A stretch of DNA of 59,813 bases, the filler included, from Asterionella formosa (Eukaryota): assembly GCA_002256025.1 (NCBI GenBank). It is 6 parts of 6 records of this genome, joined end to end, with 100 filler letters (N's around TTAATTAATTAA, not from the genome) between each part and the next. Parts side by side here need not be neighbours in the genome. Positions count along the whole stretch, not along the records: positions 10,015 to 19,918 come from NKIB01010085.1; positions 20,019 to 29,915 come from NKIB01010093.1; 4 more parts are not named here. One strand, given 5' to 3'. Positions 12,717 through 24,343 of the stretch are shown here, in pieces. The position numbers and the translations under genes are program-made. The notes under the pieces were generated by a model. That model did not search any database. It was given only the letters and a program-made list of their open reading frames with translations, and was not told the DNA's origin. How positions within the stretch are numbered: position 1 is the stretch's first letter; every line of letters starts with the position of its first letter.

Positions 12717-13739
12717 ATATCATTTAGCTAGCAGTTTCTACTCCCATTAGGATCACTTGTGGTTCAACATTTGTGAGCTAAACATAGTTGCAACCTTATG
12801 GTATGCATATAGCTTCATCATGATAAAAATACTTGAACATGATGTTTCTACATCAAAAAATAAATAATCTAAAAGTCCAGCTATGTTCTAACAGATGTTT
12901 CTCGTGTGAATTGATCCAATGACAATAATTACTGACCATCAATTGTTCACATCGAAGTTTTCCCACCCCCAGAGTTCACATAATCAGATATTGAATCACT
13001 TGAAGAGAAAGCAAACATTTAGCTATTGTCAACCCAACAATTGACAATTCTGACATATTCCCTTGACCTACCATGGCAATCTTCTGTTCACCTTTCCTTA
13101 TTGTTTCCANNNNNNNNNNNNNNNNNNNNNNNNNNNNNNNNNNNNNNNNNNNNNNNNNNNNNNNNNNNNNNNNNNNNNNNNNNNNNNNNNNNNNNNNNNN
13201 NNNNNNNNNNNNNNNNNNNNNNNNNNNNNNNNNNNNNNNNNNNNNNNNNNNNNNNNNNNNNNNNNNNNNNNNNNNNNNNNNNNNNNNNNNNNNNNNNNNN
13301 NNNNNNNNNNNNNNNNNNNNNNNNNNNNNNNNNNNNNNNNNNNNNNNNNNNNNNNNNNNNNNNNNNNNNNNNNNNNNNNNNNNNNNNNNNNNNNNNNNNN
13401 NNNNNNNNNNNNNNNNNNNNNNNNNNNNNNNNNNNNNNNNNNNNNNNNNNNNNNNNNNNNNNNNNNNNNNNNNNNNNNNNNNNNNNNNNNNNNNNNNNNN
13501 NNNNNNNNNNNNNNNNNNNNNNNNNNNNNNNNNNNNNNNNNNNNNNNNNNNNNNNNNNNNNNNNNNNNNNNNNNNNNNNNNNNNNNNNNNNNNNNNNNNN
13601 NNNNATTCTGTGAATCTGGTTCATGTGAAAATGATGATTTCGAACACCAGTTCACCTCATGGTGTAGTGGGACTATATCTGCACGACTACGGTATACAAT
13701 TCATTTGTATGCCACCACATCAGCCACACTCTTATCACG

Positions 13740-15338
13740 ATGACGGCGGTCGAGCCCATTAAAGTAGCGGTAATTGGTGGAGGTGCTGCTGGAATGGCAG
13801 CAGCCCGGGTCTTGTCTCGACATGGAATGCAGCCGATTGTGTTTGAAAAGGAAGTGGTGGGCGGAGGAGTATGGAGGTACTTGCCAAACAGCAGAACGAG
13901 CCCCATGTACCAGGGATTACGGACCAATCTACCGCGTGAAATCATGGCGTTTCGAGAAAAACCATGGGAAGGACCTGGGAATTCATATGTCACGCACGAC
14001 CAAGTGTTGGAGTACCTCCAAGCCTACAAAAATGATTTTGATCTCGATCAATACATAAGTTATGGATCCAAAGTCACACAACTGACAATGTTGCCGAGAA
14101 CAACATCAAGGATATCTACAGAGACTGAAAAATGGCCAAAAATCCAACTAGAATGGGAAACATTGAACGACCACAAGACTGCCGACTTTGACGCGGTTTG
14201 CGTTGCCAACGGTCACTATGCCCTTCCCAGCGTGCCTCACCTCCCGGGTCGAGAACACTTCCAAGGAAAGATCATTCATTCTATAGAATACGACGAGCCA
14301 TCTGTGTTTCAGAATCAAACTGTCGTATGCATCGGAGGTAGAGCCAGTGGATCAGATTTGGCGAGAGAAATAAGTCAATTCGCCACGAAAGTGTACCTTT
14401 CCGACACCACCATGGAATCCATCCAAGTCGTGGGTAACGTCACATGGGTTCCCCGAACGGTATTCGTCAATCCAGGTGGAACTCTTCAATTTGACCATGA
14501 CTGTCAGCTAAAACCAACAGTCGATGTAATCATTTTTTGCACTGGATACGACTATCATCTGCCGTTTGTCAATGGTCAATCCAACATAGATCTGGAGAAT
14601 GTCCCAGGAGAACGACGGATTTCACCTCTCTTCGAGCAGCTTTGGCATGCCAGATATCCCAATCTGAGTTTTCATGGGCTTCCACATTCCATCATTCCCT
14701 TTCCATTGTTTGAATTGCAGGCTGAAGCTGTCACGGGACAATTTTTGGGTCGTTTCCAACTGCCAGCCNNNNNNNNNNNNNNNNNNNNNNNNNNNNNNNN
14801 NNNNNNNNNNNNNNNNNNNNNNNNNNNNNNNNNNNNNNNNNNNNNNNNNNNNNNNNNNNNNNNNNNNNNNNNNNNNNNNNNNNNNNNNNNNNNNNNNNNN
14901 NNNNNNNNNNNNNNNNNNNNNNNNNNNNNNNNNNNNNNNNNNNNNNNNNNNNNNNNNNNNNNNNNNNNNNNNNNNNNNNNNNNNNNNNNNNNNNNNNNNN
15001 NNNNNNNNNNNNNNNNNNNNNNNNNNNNNNNNNNNNNNNNNNNNNNNNNNNNNNNNNNNNNNNNNNNNNNNNNNNNNNNNNNNNNNNNNNNNNNNNNNNN
15101 NNNNNNNNNNNNNNNNNNNNNNNNNNNNNNNNNNNNNNNNNNNNNNNNNNNNNNNNNNNNNNNNNNNNNNNNNNNNNNNNNNNNNNNNNNNNNNNNNNNN
15201 NNNNNNNNNNNNNNNNNNNNNNNNGTTCTGGCTCCTGGAGGGCCTGATACCTATCGAGAAACATGTTACACTCGAGTCGATAGCTCCAAAGCATTTCGAT
15301 TGCGTGGCAAAGAATCCGTCTTCGACCATAAAATCTGA
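13740..15338 (+). CDS. FMO: Flavin-containing monooxygenase (class B FMO), interrupted by assembly gap 14769-15223
   Basis: VAVIGGGAAG FAD motif, GGVW, MYQGLRTNLPREIM, FQGKIIHSIEY FMO fingerprint, IGGRASGSD NADPH motif, FCTGY. Confidence 0.92.
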   Translation: MTAVEPIKVAVIGGGAAGMAAARVLSRHGMQPIVFEKEVVGGGVWRYLPNSRTSPMYQGLRTNLPREIMAFREKPWEGPGNSYVTHDQVLEYLQAYKNDFDLDQYISYGSKVTQLTMLPRTTSRISTETEKWPKIQLEWETLNDHKTADFDAVCVANGHYALPSVPHLPGREHFQGKIIHSIEYDEPSVFQNQTVVCIGGRASGSDLAREISQFATKVYLSDTTMESIQVVGNVTWVPRTVFVNPGGTLQFDHDCQLKPTVDVIIFCTGYDYHLPFVNGQSNIDLENVPGERRISPLFEQLWHARYPNLSFHGLPHSIIPFPLFELQAEAVTGQFLGRFQLPAXXXXXXXXXXXXXXXXXXXXXXXXXXXXXXXXXXXXXXXXXXXXXXXXXXXXXXXXXXXXXXXXXXXXXXXXXXXXXXXXXXXXXXXXXXXXXXXXXXXXXXXXXXXXXXXXXXXXXXXXXXXXXXXXXXXXXXXXXXXXXXXXXXXXXXXXVLAPGGPDTYRETCYTRVDSSKAFRLRGKESVFDHKI

Positions 15339-15638
15339 CTCAACCCACTCGTGCATACAGGCTATTTGGGATCATTCTGGACGGGAACGGAAGGGGCTGG
15401 TTCCAGGTAGTCCAGATATTTACAGACAAACCAACTACATTCGACGAGAATCAGACTTTGATGTAGTAGGGTCTTGCATTGAGACAGGTTCTACAACCTT
15501 AAAATGGACGTATCCTAGCTTAAATTAAAGGTCGAATACTCATGCAAGAGGCAATGGTACCATCAGTCTTCACTCATGAAGGCAGCGACTAGCAGGCTGT
15601 TCACGTTCGTGTCATTTCCAATGGTGTGGTGGAATCGT

Positions 15639-16637
15639 CTAAAGTTCAACCACCTTCGTTCGGCACTTGCCATCATACCATCCCTGCAGGCTACCAAATT
15701 CTTCATCCACGATTTTTAATGCCTCTCGAAGAGTCACCTCTTCAACATCGAATTCATCGCAACAGGCCTCCTTGACGGATGAAAAAAATACTTGTGTTCG
15801 CAACTGCCCATAATGCGTCTTCAGCTTGACCAAAAAATCCCCGTGCTTTCGATCTCCTCTATAATCTGGTCGTCTGGAGGGTAGAGACAGGTACTCCATG
15901 TGGTCGTCCACGTAATCCCACAGAAAACTTGTGTGGTGAAGCCACCCACCCTTGACAATCGACTGCGCATTCCCACCCATTTTTCGCTCTCCAAGAACGT
16001 AGTCATTCTCTCTTAAAGAAAACTGAGGAAACTCATGTAATTCAGTTTCAAGCGCGCCAGCAAATTTTACTGTTCGTCCCGAATTCTCGGTCCCACACGA
16101 CTTGGTATCGACAACCATGTTTGGCCTCGTTGTACGAGTGGAAGCAGGAAGGAGCAATGCTTCTCGTTTGAGAAAAGCGAATGCCGGTCCAAAGATCTTA
16201 TCTGCCGACCATTGCATGATTGACTTGGGATAGGCTTCCACGTCAACCATTTGTTCAGTCCTTCCAATAAATGTCGTCCACAGTGACGAATGATCTAGAA
16301 CGACAGTTCCCCCACCAGAAAAGCGTTTCACGACCATAACTCCGTCACTTTTGACAAGATCCATGTTCAGTAACTGATTTGGCTTGCCTCCTATTCCCAT
16401 GACGATGATGCAAGTCTGATTAGGATCGTTCGCGTTGGCAATATGCGTGGGTACTTGGACGTGGCGGAGATAGCGATGCTCCATTGGCTCATGAGTGCCC
16501 AAAATAGCCCAACATCGTGAATCGTGCCTCAGCAAGGCTTCCTCTAAACTGAGTCTTTCAAGCGCAGATAAACCAGAGCCTCTAAGATCAAGCCAAGAGA
16601 GTTTCACCTTCTTTATTGGCAACCCAATTGACGCCAT
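15639..16637 (-). CDS. lplA: Lipoate-protein ligase A-like protein (BPL/LplA/LipB family); 5' end abuts a gap
   Basis: LEEALLR, IVMGIGGKP, KRFSGGGTVVLD, RKMGGNAQ, WLHHTSFLWD, YRGDRKHGDFL. Confidence 0.85.
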   Translation of the reverse strand: MASIGLPIKKVKLSWLDLRGSGLSALERLSLEEALLRHDSRCWAILGTHEPMEHRYLRHVQVPTHIANANDPNQTCIIVMGIGGKPNQLLNMDLVKSDGVMVVKRFSGGGTVVLDHSSLWTTFIGRTEQMVDVEAYPKSIMQWSADKIFGPAFAFLKREALLLPASTRTTRPNMVVDTKSCGTENSGRTVKFAGALETELHEFPQFSLRENDYVLGERKMGGNAQSIVKGGWLHHTSFLWDYVDDHMEYLSLPSRRPDYRGDRKHGDFLVKLKTHYGQLRTQVFFSSVKEACCDEFDVEEVTLREALKIVDEEFGSLQGWYDGKCRTKVVEL

Positions 16638-17288
16638 GATGCCTTTTTTTTGAGNNNNNNNNNNNNNNNNNNNNNNNNNNNNNNNNNNNNNNNNNNNNNN
16701 NNNNNNNNNNNNNNNNNNNNNNNNNNNNNNNNNNNNNNNNNNNNNNNNNNNNNNNNNNNNNNNNNNNNNNNNNNNNNNNNNNNNNNNNNNNNNNNNNNNN
16801 NNNNNNNNNNNNNNNNNNNNNNNNNNNNNNNNNNNNNNNNNNNNNNNNNNNNNNNNNNNNNNNNNNNNNNNNNNNNNNNNNNNNNNNNNNNNNNNNNNNN
16901 NNNNNNNNNNNNNNNNNNNNNNNNNNNNNNNNNNNNNNNNNNNNNNNNNNNNNNNNNNNNNNNNNNNNNNNNNNNNNNNNNNNNNNNNNNNNNNNNNNNN
17001 NNNNNNNNNNNNNNNNNNNNNNNNNNNNNNNNNNNNNNNNNNNNNNNNNNNNNNNNNNNNNNNNNNNNNNNNNNNNNNNNNNNNNNNNNNNNNNNNNNNN
17101 NNNNNNNNNNNNNNNNNNNNNNNNNNNNNNNNNNNNNNNNNNNNNNNNNNNNNNNNNNNNNNNNNNNNNNNNNNNNNNNNNNNNNNNNNNNNNNNNNNNN
17201 NNNNNNNNNNNNNNNNNNNNNNNNNNNNNNNNNNNNNNNNNNNNNNNNNNNNNNNNNNNNNNNNNNNNNNNNNNNNNNNNNNNNNNNN

Positions 17289-19093
17289 ATCCGAGGGAGT
17301 AGAAGGGTCAGCCTTATCCAGCGTCTTGAAATCAGAGGAACACGAAAGGACGCAAAGGGCTTTTCCAGAGGTGGATTGGCAACGACCTAATTGGAAAGTT
17401 TCCATGGATTGCTCAATATTTTCTTTGGATTGTCCGATAAGAAGGCGCTATGCGCCTTACCCCTTCGATTTTTCGAGCAACGAATTGAAGGAAGCTAACT
17501 TGACAGAGCTTGAACAGATTTTTGAAACTTCACAACCAGTTACCATCCCAGAAAGAACAATGAATCAGCCTCAGCCAACCTCCAAAGAAGACGAAAAACA
17601 TTGTCTGAAGTATGCGAGAGATACTCTTTTCAACATTCAACTCGATCAAATGCTCAAGAAACTTTCTCGGACAGCTAATAGTACACTTGTAGCATATACG
17701 ATTTCAGATATTGGATATGCCAAGGAAATGATTCATGATGTATTTGCCATGGCCCACAATGTTGTGGGATTTCCAAATAGCTTCTTTATGGTGGCGATTG
17801 ACGAAGCTACATTGGAACTAGAGTGTCGGTATGGCTACAGAATCTTGCCATCTCCCCGTACTGGTGGTCTAGAAGACCGAGTGAAATTCACCAAATTTCA
17901 AATTGGATTTGTTAAAACGCGGACAGAACTTTTTGTTTTTCGAAATGGATGTGTGGTTTTTTCAATCGATACTTCCGCTGCTTCAACAATTTGGTGATTT
18001 ACTCGTCAGTTCGCATCAAAATTCACCAACTGAAATGAACATTGGTGTGTATGCAGTCAATTCTAATGATGCTACTCGTGAATATTTTCAGCATTGCCTT
18101 GACGTTGCATCCAAGGTAGAAGTGCACGATCAAAAATTAATGCAGCAACTAGAAACTGTCAGTGGGCTTCAGAAAATAGGGCAAGACGTACCCCGAAATT
18201 ATCCCAACGTGACTTTTGAGCACCATATTCAAATTGCATTTCTAAATTCTCATGAAATTGCCTGTTCTGAATGGCCTAGAGCTACAGTGGAAACTATCAC
18301 AATCCATCCTCTTTCGACTCGGCCCCTCATGGGCCCCCATGGTAAGATGCAAATTGCCAAGGAACTTGGTGCGTACTATGGATCGCATGGATATTATTCA
18401 TCAGAACGACGCTATCTCTGGCTCGACCGTCTGGAAAACTCGTATACATTAGCTATGGACATTCATCGAAATGGAGGCAGGGGAATATGGCACGATGGTC
18501 AAGCGATGAAGTGGACCATGGCTACACTGATTGCTATTGCAAAGCGTACCAATCGTATCTGGGTTCTCCCTCGAATCCAAGCTGATATTGGCGGACATTT
18601 ACTTTGGCAAATTTTGGATTTAAGGGCTGTCGAGGAATTAGGAGTGGAAGTCCGGGAGACAAGCTTTTTGAACAATCCAAAATTGGCCGAATTTTCATCT
18701 GTCAGTCGAACAGCTGTTGGCGCAGGGAAGATTTTTTGGCAAGACGATGAGAATGAGGAACAAAAAGTTTGGCGAGTCCAGGAACATGATCAGATCGATA
18801 AGTGGTTTTCCCTCCTCGATCGAATAAAATCGAAAGCATTGTTGGTGAATCCACATGCTGTAGATTCAAATTGGCCTGATCATCTTTCACGTAAAGACAC
18901 AAATCGGAAAGTGGAACTCACACGAGCGGATAATTATATTTTGGATGTGTACAAAAAGCTCAAGTGGTGCAACTTTGATTGCCCCGAAAAGCAAGGCCAC
19001 TTTTGCCAAAACAATTGGGGCTCTTTATTTTGGGAACAGCATCAGCTCGTCTCTGCACGAGCTAGTCGTGACTGCTACGGAAATGGCTCTTAA
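17289..19093 (+). pseudogene. Second GT77-like transferase paralog; 5' end in gap, frameshift near 17902
   Basis: Highly similar to 10701-12716. At the equivalent of TTT CAG GTG TCG TTG GAT this copy reads TTT CAA A TTG GAT (5 nt shorter), splitting ORFs 17326-17997 and 17903-19093. Confidence 0.8.
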
Positions 19094-19326
19094 CGGGACA
19101 TCGATTTGATGGGACAGTTGAAGCGAACTATATGCATCTTCCCATGACACTGTTTGTTGTTCCAGTTTATTACGAGCTTTGGAAGCGGATCAGTGCAGTA
19201 GATGCGTGATATACAATATAGAGTATAGTTCCGCAGCTGCATTAATGCTAGTAAATGTAAAAATAGCTAATACTTCCATGTTACGTTTCCAAGCGCAACA
19301 ACTTTCTGACGGCCACTCTGATTCCT

Positions 19327-19845
19327 CTATACAATTTCAATAACAGCACCAATCTCTTCCAGCTTCGCCTTGAGTTCTTCAGCGACTTCCATTTTGATAT
19401 CTTTCTGAATCACTTTGGGTGCTCCTTCCACCAATTCCTTTGCTTCCTTCAAGCCCAAACCAGCAATGGCTCGAATTTCCTTGATCACTTTAATCTTTGC
19501 CTTTGCATCGAAGGACACTAATTTTAAATCGAAGGCGGTCTTGTCGACAGCGGCAGCAGCTGGGGCATCATCTCCTGCATTTGATCCACCACCTGCGGTA
19601 GTTGTAATCATGTCGACTCCTCCACCTCCCAATCGTTCTTGTATCAACCGACTGAGCATGGACACTTCGACAACATCTAAAAATAGAATTTTTTCAAATA
19701 GAATTTGAACACTTGATTTTCCTTCTGTCTTTAATTCGGGGGGCGGCCAAACGAGTTGATTATTGATACATCGAGTTGTGGACGAAGACCAAGATGGGAC
19801 CACGCGTCGCCGTAGAGTGGATCGAAGGAATACTAGTGAAGACAT
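19327..19845 (-). CDS. MRPL12: Mitochondrial ribosomal protein L7/L12 (bL12m)
   Basis: KTAFDLKLVSFDAKAKIKVIKEIRAIAGLGLKEAKELVEGAP C-terminal domain; Arg/Ser-rich N-terminal presequence. Confidence 0.93.
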   Translation of the reverse strand: MSSLVFLRSTLRRRVVPSWSSSTTRCINNQLVWPPPELKTEGKSSVQILFEKILFLDVVEVSMLSRLIQERLGGGGVDMITTTAGGGSNAGDDAPAAAAVDKTAFDLKLVSFDAKAKIKVIKEIRAIAGLGLKEAKELVEGAPKVIQKDIKMEVAEELKAKLEEIGAVIEIV

Positions 19846-19918
19846 GTTCGATCCGCTAGATAATGGGGACTGAAAAGCAGAAATTCAAGGAGCAGGCAGC
19901 GGGGACAATGAGATGAAA

Positions 19919-20018
19919 NNNNNNNNNNNNNNNNNNNNNNNNNNNNNNNNNNNNNNNNNNNNTTAATTAATTAANNNNNNNNNNNNNNNNNNNNNNNNNN
20001 NNNNNNNNNNNNNNNNNN
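19919..20018. other. Artificial scaffold linker
   Basis: N44-TTAATTAATTAA-N44. Confidence 0.97.
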
Positions 20019-21453
20019 ACTCAACTATAATGTTCTCAATCACTCTGAAATCCAACTTACAAAGACAACATTGAAAAATGGCACCCAAAACAACAACACT
20101 GGAAATGCTACTTCTCCCCAAGAATTAAATCTGTCAGATGGATATGCTGGCACTCTAGTTGACCGTGTTGTTGAATACAGGAATCGTGAAGATGCTCGAA
20201 ATGGAATCGACCTTGATGCCCAAGCCCGTCAACGCAAGGAAACTGCCCAAGCCCATCTCGACTCCCACAAGAAAAGAATCTCTGCCAGCCTATTGGCATC
20301 TGCTGGCATTCATGCTCTTGGACCAAATGTGCTTGCATCTGCACTGGTGAGAAAGAGAAAGGCAGAGGAACTGGTTATTGAGCGTCAAAACAAAAGGCAG
20401 CATGAATTTATGAAGCTACGAAACAAATTTATGGCTCTACGCGCAGCCAACAAGCCTGAGCATATGCTGTCAGTTCCTGAAATTAAGATCCTTGTGCGAT
20501 GGTTTCGACGCAACGGAGATTTCCCGGTACCACAAACAAGACAAGCCCTACTTACCCGCTTGGGAGAGACCTCACACCGAGGAGACCAGCAGGCGCCAGC
20601 AGAAGAGATCAAAACTGCTGTGGTTCTTGCTGCGAGTACCATCCCCCCTATTCTCCCCCCTTGGCCTGGTGGAGTTGACAATTGTGCTGGCACATAAGGG
20701 GGACCAGCCGCACTGCCTTGCATGCTTCGGTCAAGGAAGAATATGAAGGGTGGCTGGCTGAGAGGAGAAATATGAAGGAAGCGACGAAACAAGGAGGCGG
20801 AAGCGGAAGCGGAAGCGGAAGCGGAGCAAGGTGGAGGCGAAGGTGGAGAAGCAAACAAGCAATCAAAGAAAAAATTCTCGCTTGGCTGACATCTGTCATA
20901 GTAGTAATACCAAACCAGTAGCCTGATGTAAGCAGAACACTAATTAGTGACGAACATAAATAATCCCTATATAAATCTATATCAAACCATCATCAAAACG
21001 AATGAAAGTAAGATTATTGACACAAAAACTGAAATAATATTTGAGTTAAAAGGCAAACGCATTATTATTTAAGGTTTAAAAAATGAAAACAATAAATAAT
21101 AAATGGGTAGATGATGCAACGGACAAATAATATTGTGGCAGGAAAAAGCTTTAGAGTGAACAATAGGGTAATCGAAACCAGAATTTGAATATAAAATTTT
21201 CTTCAGGTACGTAGTAAAAAATATGTATTGATAGTCATACAAAACGACCATAATCATCAACTTTAAAAACTTCATATCTCTTGAATTATGAAGCTTCATT
21301 ACTAATTAAACAGACCTATTGAAAGCGGAGAGCCTGTTCTACATTTAGCTACGTACTTGATTTGTTGTCACCATGAAATTTGACTAAAATAGTTTGAGTC
21401 GAAACATGGGGTAAACTTTATATGACTCTCAGTTTTTAGGTTGTACCGTTGTA
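20019..21453 (+). mobile_element. Probable 3' end of a pogo/Tc1-mariner-like DNA transposon (ORF tail 20020-20697 plus candidate terminus)
   Basis: Open frame from the scaffold edge (LNYNVLNHSEI...LNLSDGYAGTLVDRVV..., SAP-like LSVPEIKILVRWFRRNGDFPVP) resembles C-termini of diatom DDE-family proteins as I recall them; AT-rich tail ends at ggttgtaccgttg-TA. Confidence 0.45.
20797..20825 (+). repeat. (GCGGAA)n microsatellite, about 5 units
   Basis: gcggaagcggaagcggaagcggaagcgga. Confidence 0.9.
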
Positions 21454-21969
21454 TCACCATACCGGTACCAGTAACTGGTACCCTGGTATACCTGGTAGTC
21501 AGAATGTGTCTGTTAGGCTGTTGATGTCGCCATTGCCCGAAGGGTAGATGTAGTCTGAGGAATGTCTAAATGGAAATACCGGTACCAGTACCTGGTACTG
21601 TTGTAGACAGTGTACCAGGTACCGGGTATCATTTATAATGCAGAATACCGGTACCGGTAACGATGTGAAAACGAGCGGCGAGAGAAAGATCTTCCTGACT
21701 GGGTCATTTCAGGGCAGTAATGGACGAGCGCGCTAGATAGAAGCGCCATAAAATTTCAACATGGTGTCATACCACACCACATAGCCTGGTAACCCTGGTA
21801 CTGGTACCAGGTAGCATCTGTCAGTATCGATCATCCTGCTTTGCCTTCTCCAATTTTGCATCATCATCGCATTCACTCTTGTGTTCAGGATGATTGAAGA
21901 GAGTACCGGTGCGTAGGTGATGTACAAATTGGAACATTCCACAATCACATCCATCCCCACGCACGAACG

Positions 21970-23214
21970 ATGATAAAATCACAGCACACCGTCATCGCCA
22001 CTCTTTGCGCCTTACTTTGCACTGACGCATATCTTCATCAGTCAAAATGGTCTCATCGAAGGTCGTCAAGCATTCTGGTTCGCCATGAATCATCGTCGCT
22101 GAACGAATGTCCGTTTGTCGGTGTGTTCCCTCGCTATAAAATTGATTTGACGTACAGTAAACAAGTGGAGAAAAAGGGCTTCCAGCTGCCCTTTGTTGGA
22201 GACATTCAACGAAGGATGCAGAATTCGAGGCTTGAGCGAGAGTACGGACCGGCGGAAGTTCTTCCTGGCTCTGGCTTGAAAGCATTTTGCTCGCTTTGGT
22301 CGGCTGCTGCAGACCTAATGAAGGATTCGACATCAACGTCGCGGACTTTGGTTTTACGAGATTGCGACAAGAGAATATTGATCAACTGGGTGGAAATGAT
22401 GGATTGGATCGTGGACATTGAGGGGCTGGTCGATGTCAGTATAAAACCTACTTTCTTGGAGGATGAGGTTATCAGAATCGTACGTCAAGGCTCGGCGCAA
22501 GTGACACGTGAAACAGTCATCTACGACGCTGATGTAATTGAACGTCGCACAAAGGCTTGGGTGAAACGATTGCTGGTGGACTTGGGAATTTGTCCCTTCA
22601 CCAAATCAATTACCAAAAGTGGCCATGGCCTGAGTGATCTCGGTGTACCAGTAGCCACGATTTCTTATCATACAAGTCAAAGTAAAGATATATACACGCT
22701 CATGGCGGACACATGGACTGCAATTTCGGATATGATTGAGGCCGGGCCTTCCGGAAAGGATGGAATTTCGAGTATTTTGCTCGCAGCGCCTGAGTTTGAC
22801 GAATCCTTTGATATATGGAGTGGGCCAATATTTTGTCTCCTCGAGAGTGGTGTTGTCGCAGCCCAGGCTGAGGCTCAAGTTGGCGTCGTGTGCTTCCATC
22901 CCGAATATAAGACTCCGGACGGATCAACTTTTCCTGGATTTGGGCATATGCATTCAGTACCTAGATTAGAAAGGTGGTTCAAGGAAGTCAATGAGGGCGA
23001 ATGTCCTTTTACCGAAAGTGATCTTGCTGCTGGGGGAGCATGGCAACGCCGTACCCCACACGCAACCATCAATGTGCTGCGAGCAGACCAACTAGAGGCA
23101 GCAGAAACTCGAAGAAATACACCACAACTGTACACGACGAATATTGAGGCTCTATTGGCGATTGGCTCGAAGCAACTAGGTGAAGACCTGAGACGAGAAA
23201 AGCAAATTCAATAG
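21970..23214 (+). CDS. DUF1415-domain protein, probably plastid-targeted
   Basis: TKAWVKRLLVDLGICPF, VVCFHPEY and RRTPHATINVLR motifs; signal peptide ending TDA-Y followed by a Ser/Arg-rich transit-like stretch. Confidence 0.75.
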   Translation: MIKSQHTVIATLCALLCTDAYLHQSKWSHRRSSSILVRHESSSLNECPFVGVFPRYKIDLTYSKQVEKKGFQLPFVGDIQRRMQNSRLEREYGPAEVLPGSGLKAFCSLWSAAADLMKDSTSTSRTLVLRDCDKRILINWVEMMDWIVDIEGLVDVSIKPTFLEDEVIRIVRQGSAQVTRETVIYDADVIERRTKAWVKRLLVDLGICPFTKSITKSGHGLSDLGVPVATISYHTSQSKDIYTLMADTWTAISDMIEAGPSGKDGISSILLAAPEFDESFDIWSGPIFCLLESGVVAAQAEAQVGVVCFHPEYKTPDGSTFPGFGHMHSVPRLERWFKEVNEGECPFTESDLAAGGAWQRRTPHATINVLRADQLEAAETRRNTPQLYTTNIEALLAIGSKQLGEDLRREKQIQ

Positions 23215-23293
23215 AATTGGAAATTTTTTGGACCAAAAAATAGAGCTAAATTTCGGAAGGGTCCATTCCATTATAATAAAATACTTCTAGATT

Positions 23294-24343
23294 TTAGTCC
23301 GGCGATGCCTCGACTTTCATAACAAGCTTTCCTTGTGTATGCCCACTTGCAATCTGGTCCAACAGGCCTCCATCTTGTAGACACTCCCTCCAATCCAGGC
23401 TATTGAATAACTTTTGTTGGGGCGAGATTGGTATTGCTGGAATCGTCCTGTCTTGCAAGTGCATCAAAATGTCAGTTATTTCCTTTGCAGGTACGATCAT
23501 GTCAAAATTCGTTCTGGAACTTGTGAAGACAGTTTCAAAGGTCAGCGTGACCGCCTTGAAGAAGAGAAAACCACAATCCAAGGATTGGATCGAGTTACTC
23601 GCCACGACTAAACAAATACTGCCATACGGTTTGATGACTTCGGCCAACGCTGCAAATACTTCCTTCGTGGGTTCCGTCAAGCAGAGCACATAATCTACAC
23701 TGCCTTTGGGCCCTCCACCTAGATTCGCAATATCATTGTGCGGGATGACATGCGTGGCACCCATTTGAGTACACCACATTCTGGACGCTTCCGATCCCGC
23801 AGTTGCGATAATGTTCATGGACGGATATCTCGCTCTTGCCAGGAGTAGGGCCCAAGAACCCACCCCGCCGGCTGCGCCAACGACTAGGAGGGTCCTTTCA
23901 TCTGTCATGTTCAGTTTCAGCACCGATTCATAAGCCGTACATCCGGCAAGTGGGACGGTGGCCGCGTCTTCTAGGGATAATTCAAAGGGGACGACAGCGA
24001 CGCATCGGTAGTCCACGGCAACATGCGTCGCGTACGAGCCGGGCCTTGTGGAATCGCAGAGAAAGCAGACTCTCTTTCCAGACCACTCGTCACTTGACAA
24101 GCCACTTCCTACTTGATTCACTATTCCAGATCCTCCATATCCAACAATCAAGGGAGGGTTGGGTACTTCTTGTCCATTTTTAGCATTAAGTTTTTGCAAA
24201 TCGACTGGATTTAGTTCGGCGTATTTCACTTCTATGAGGAGGTCCAGTGGTTGCAGTTCAGGAAGTAATTCAAAGGAATCGAAGTCGAGGACATCTTTGT
24301 GATGGCCAAATTTGCTTGCTCCGAGGTACTCCATGATTGTCAA
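23294..24343 (-). CDS. MDR-family zinc-type alcohol dehydrogenase-like / NADPH:quinone oxidoreductase
   Basis: DLLIEVKYAELNPVD, RPGSYATHVAVD, AATVPLAGCTAYE, LVVGAAGGVGS Rossmann motif, SGHTQGKLVM. Confidence 0.9.
   Translation of the reverse strand: MTIMEYLGASKFGHHKDVLDFDSFELLPELQPLDLLIEVKYAELNPVDLQKLNAKNGQEVPNPPLIVGYGGSGIVNQVGSGLSSDEWSGKRVCFLCDSTRPGSYATHVAVDYRCVAVVPFELSLEDAATVPLAGCTAYESVLKLNMTDERTLLVVGAAGGVGSWALLLARARYPSMNIIATAGSEASRMWCTQMGATHVIPHNDIANLGGGPKGSVDYVLCLTEPTKEVFAALAEVIKPYGSICLVVASNSIQSLDCGFLFFKAVTLTFETVFTSSRTNFDMIVPAKEITDILMHLQDRTIPAIPISPQQKLFNSLDWRECLQDGGLLDQIASGHTQGKLVMKVEASPD

Noticed and set aside
13026..17405. Long ORFs made largely of X residues, including the 588 aa minus-strand ORF
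   Set aside because: Artefacts of translating through N gaps; only the FMO, LplA and GT77 parts are supported
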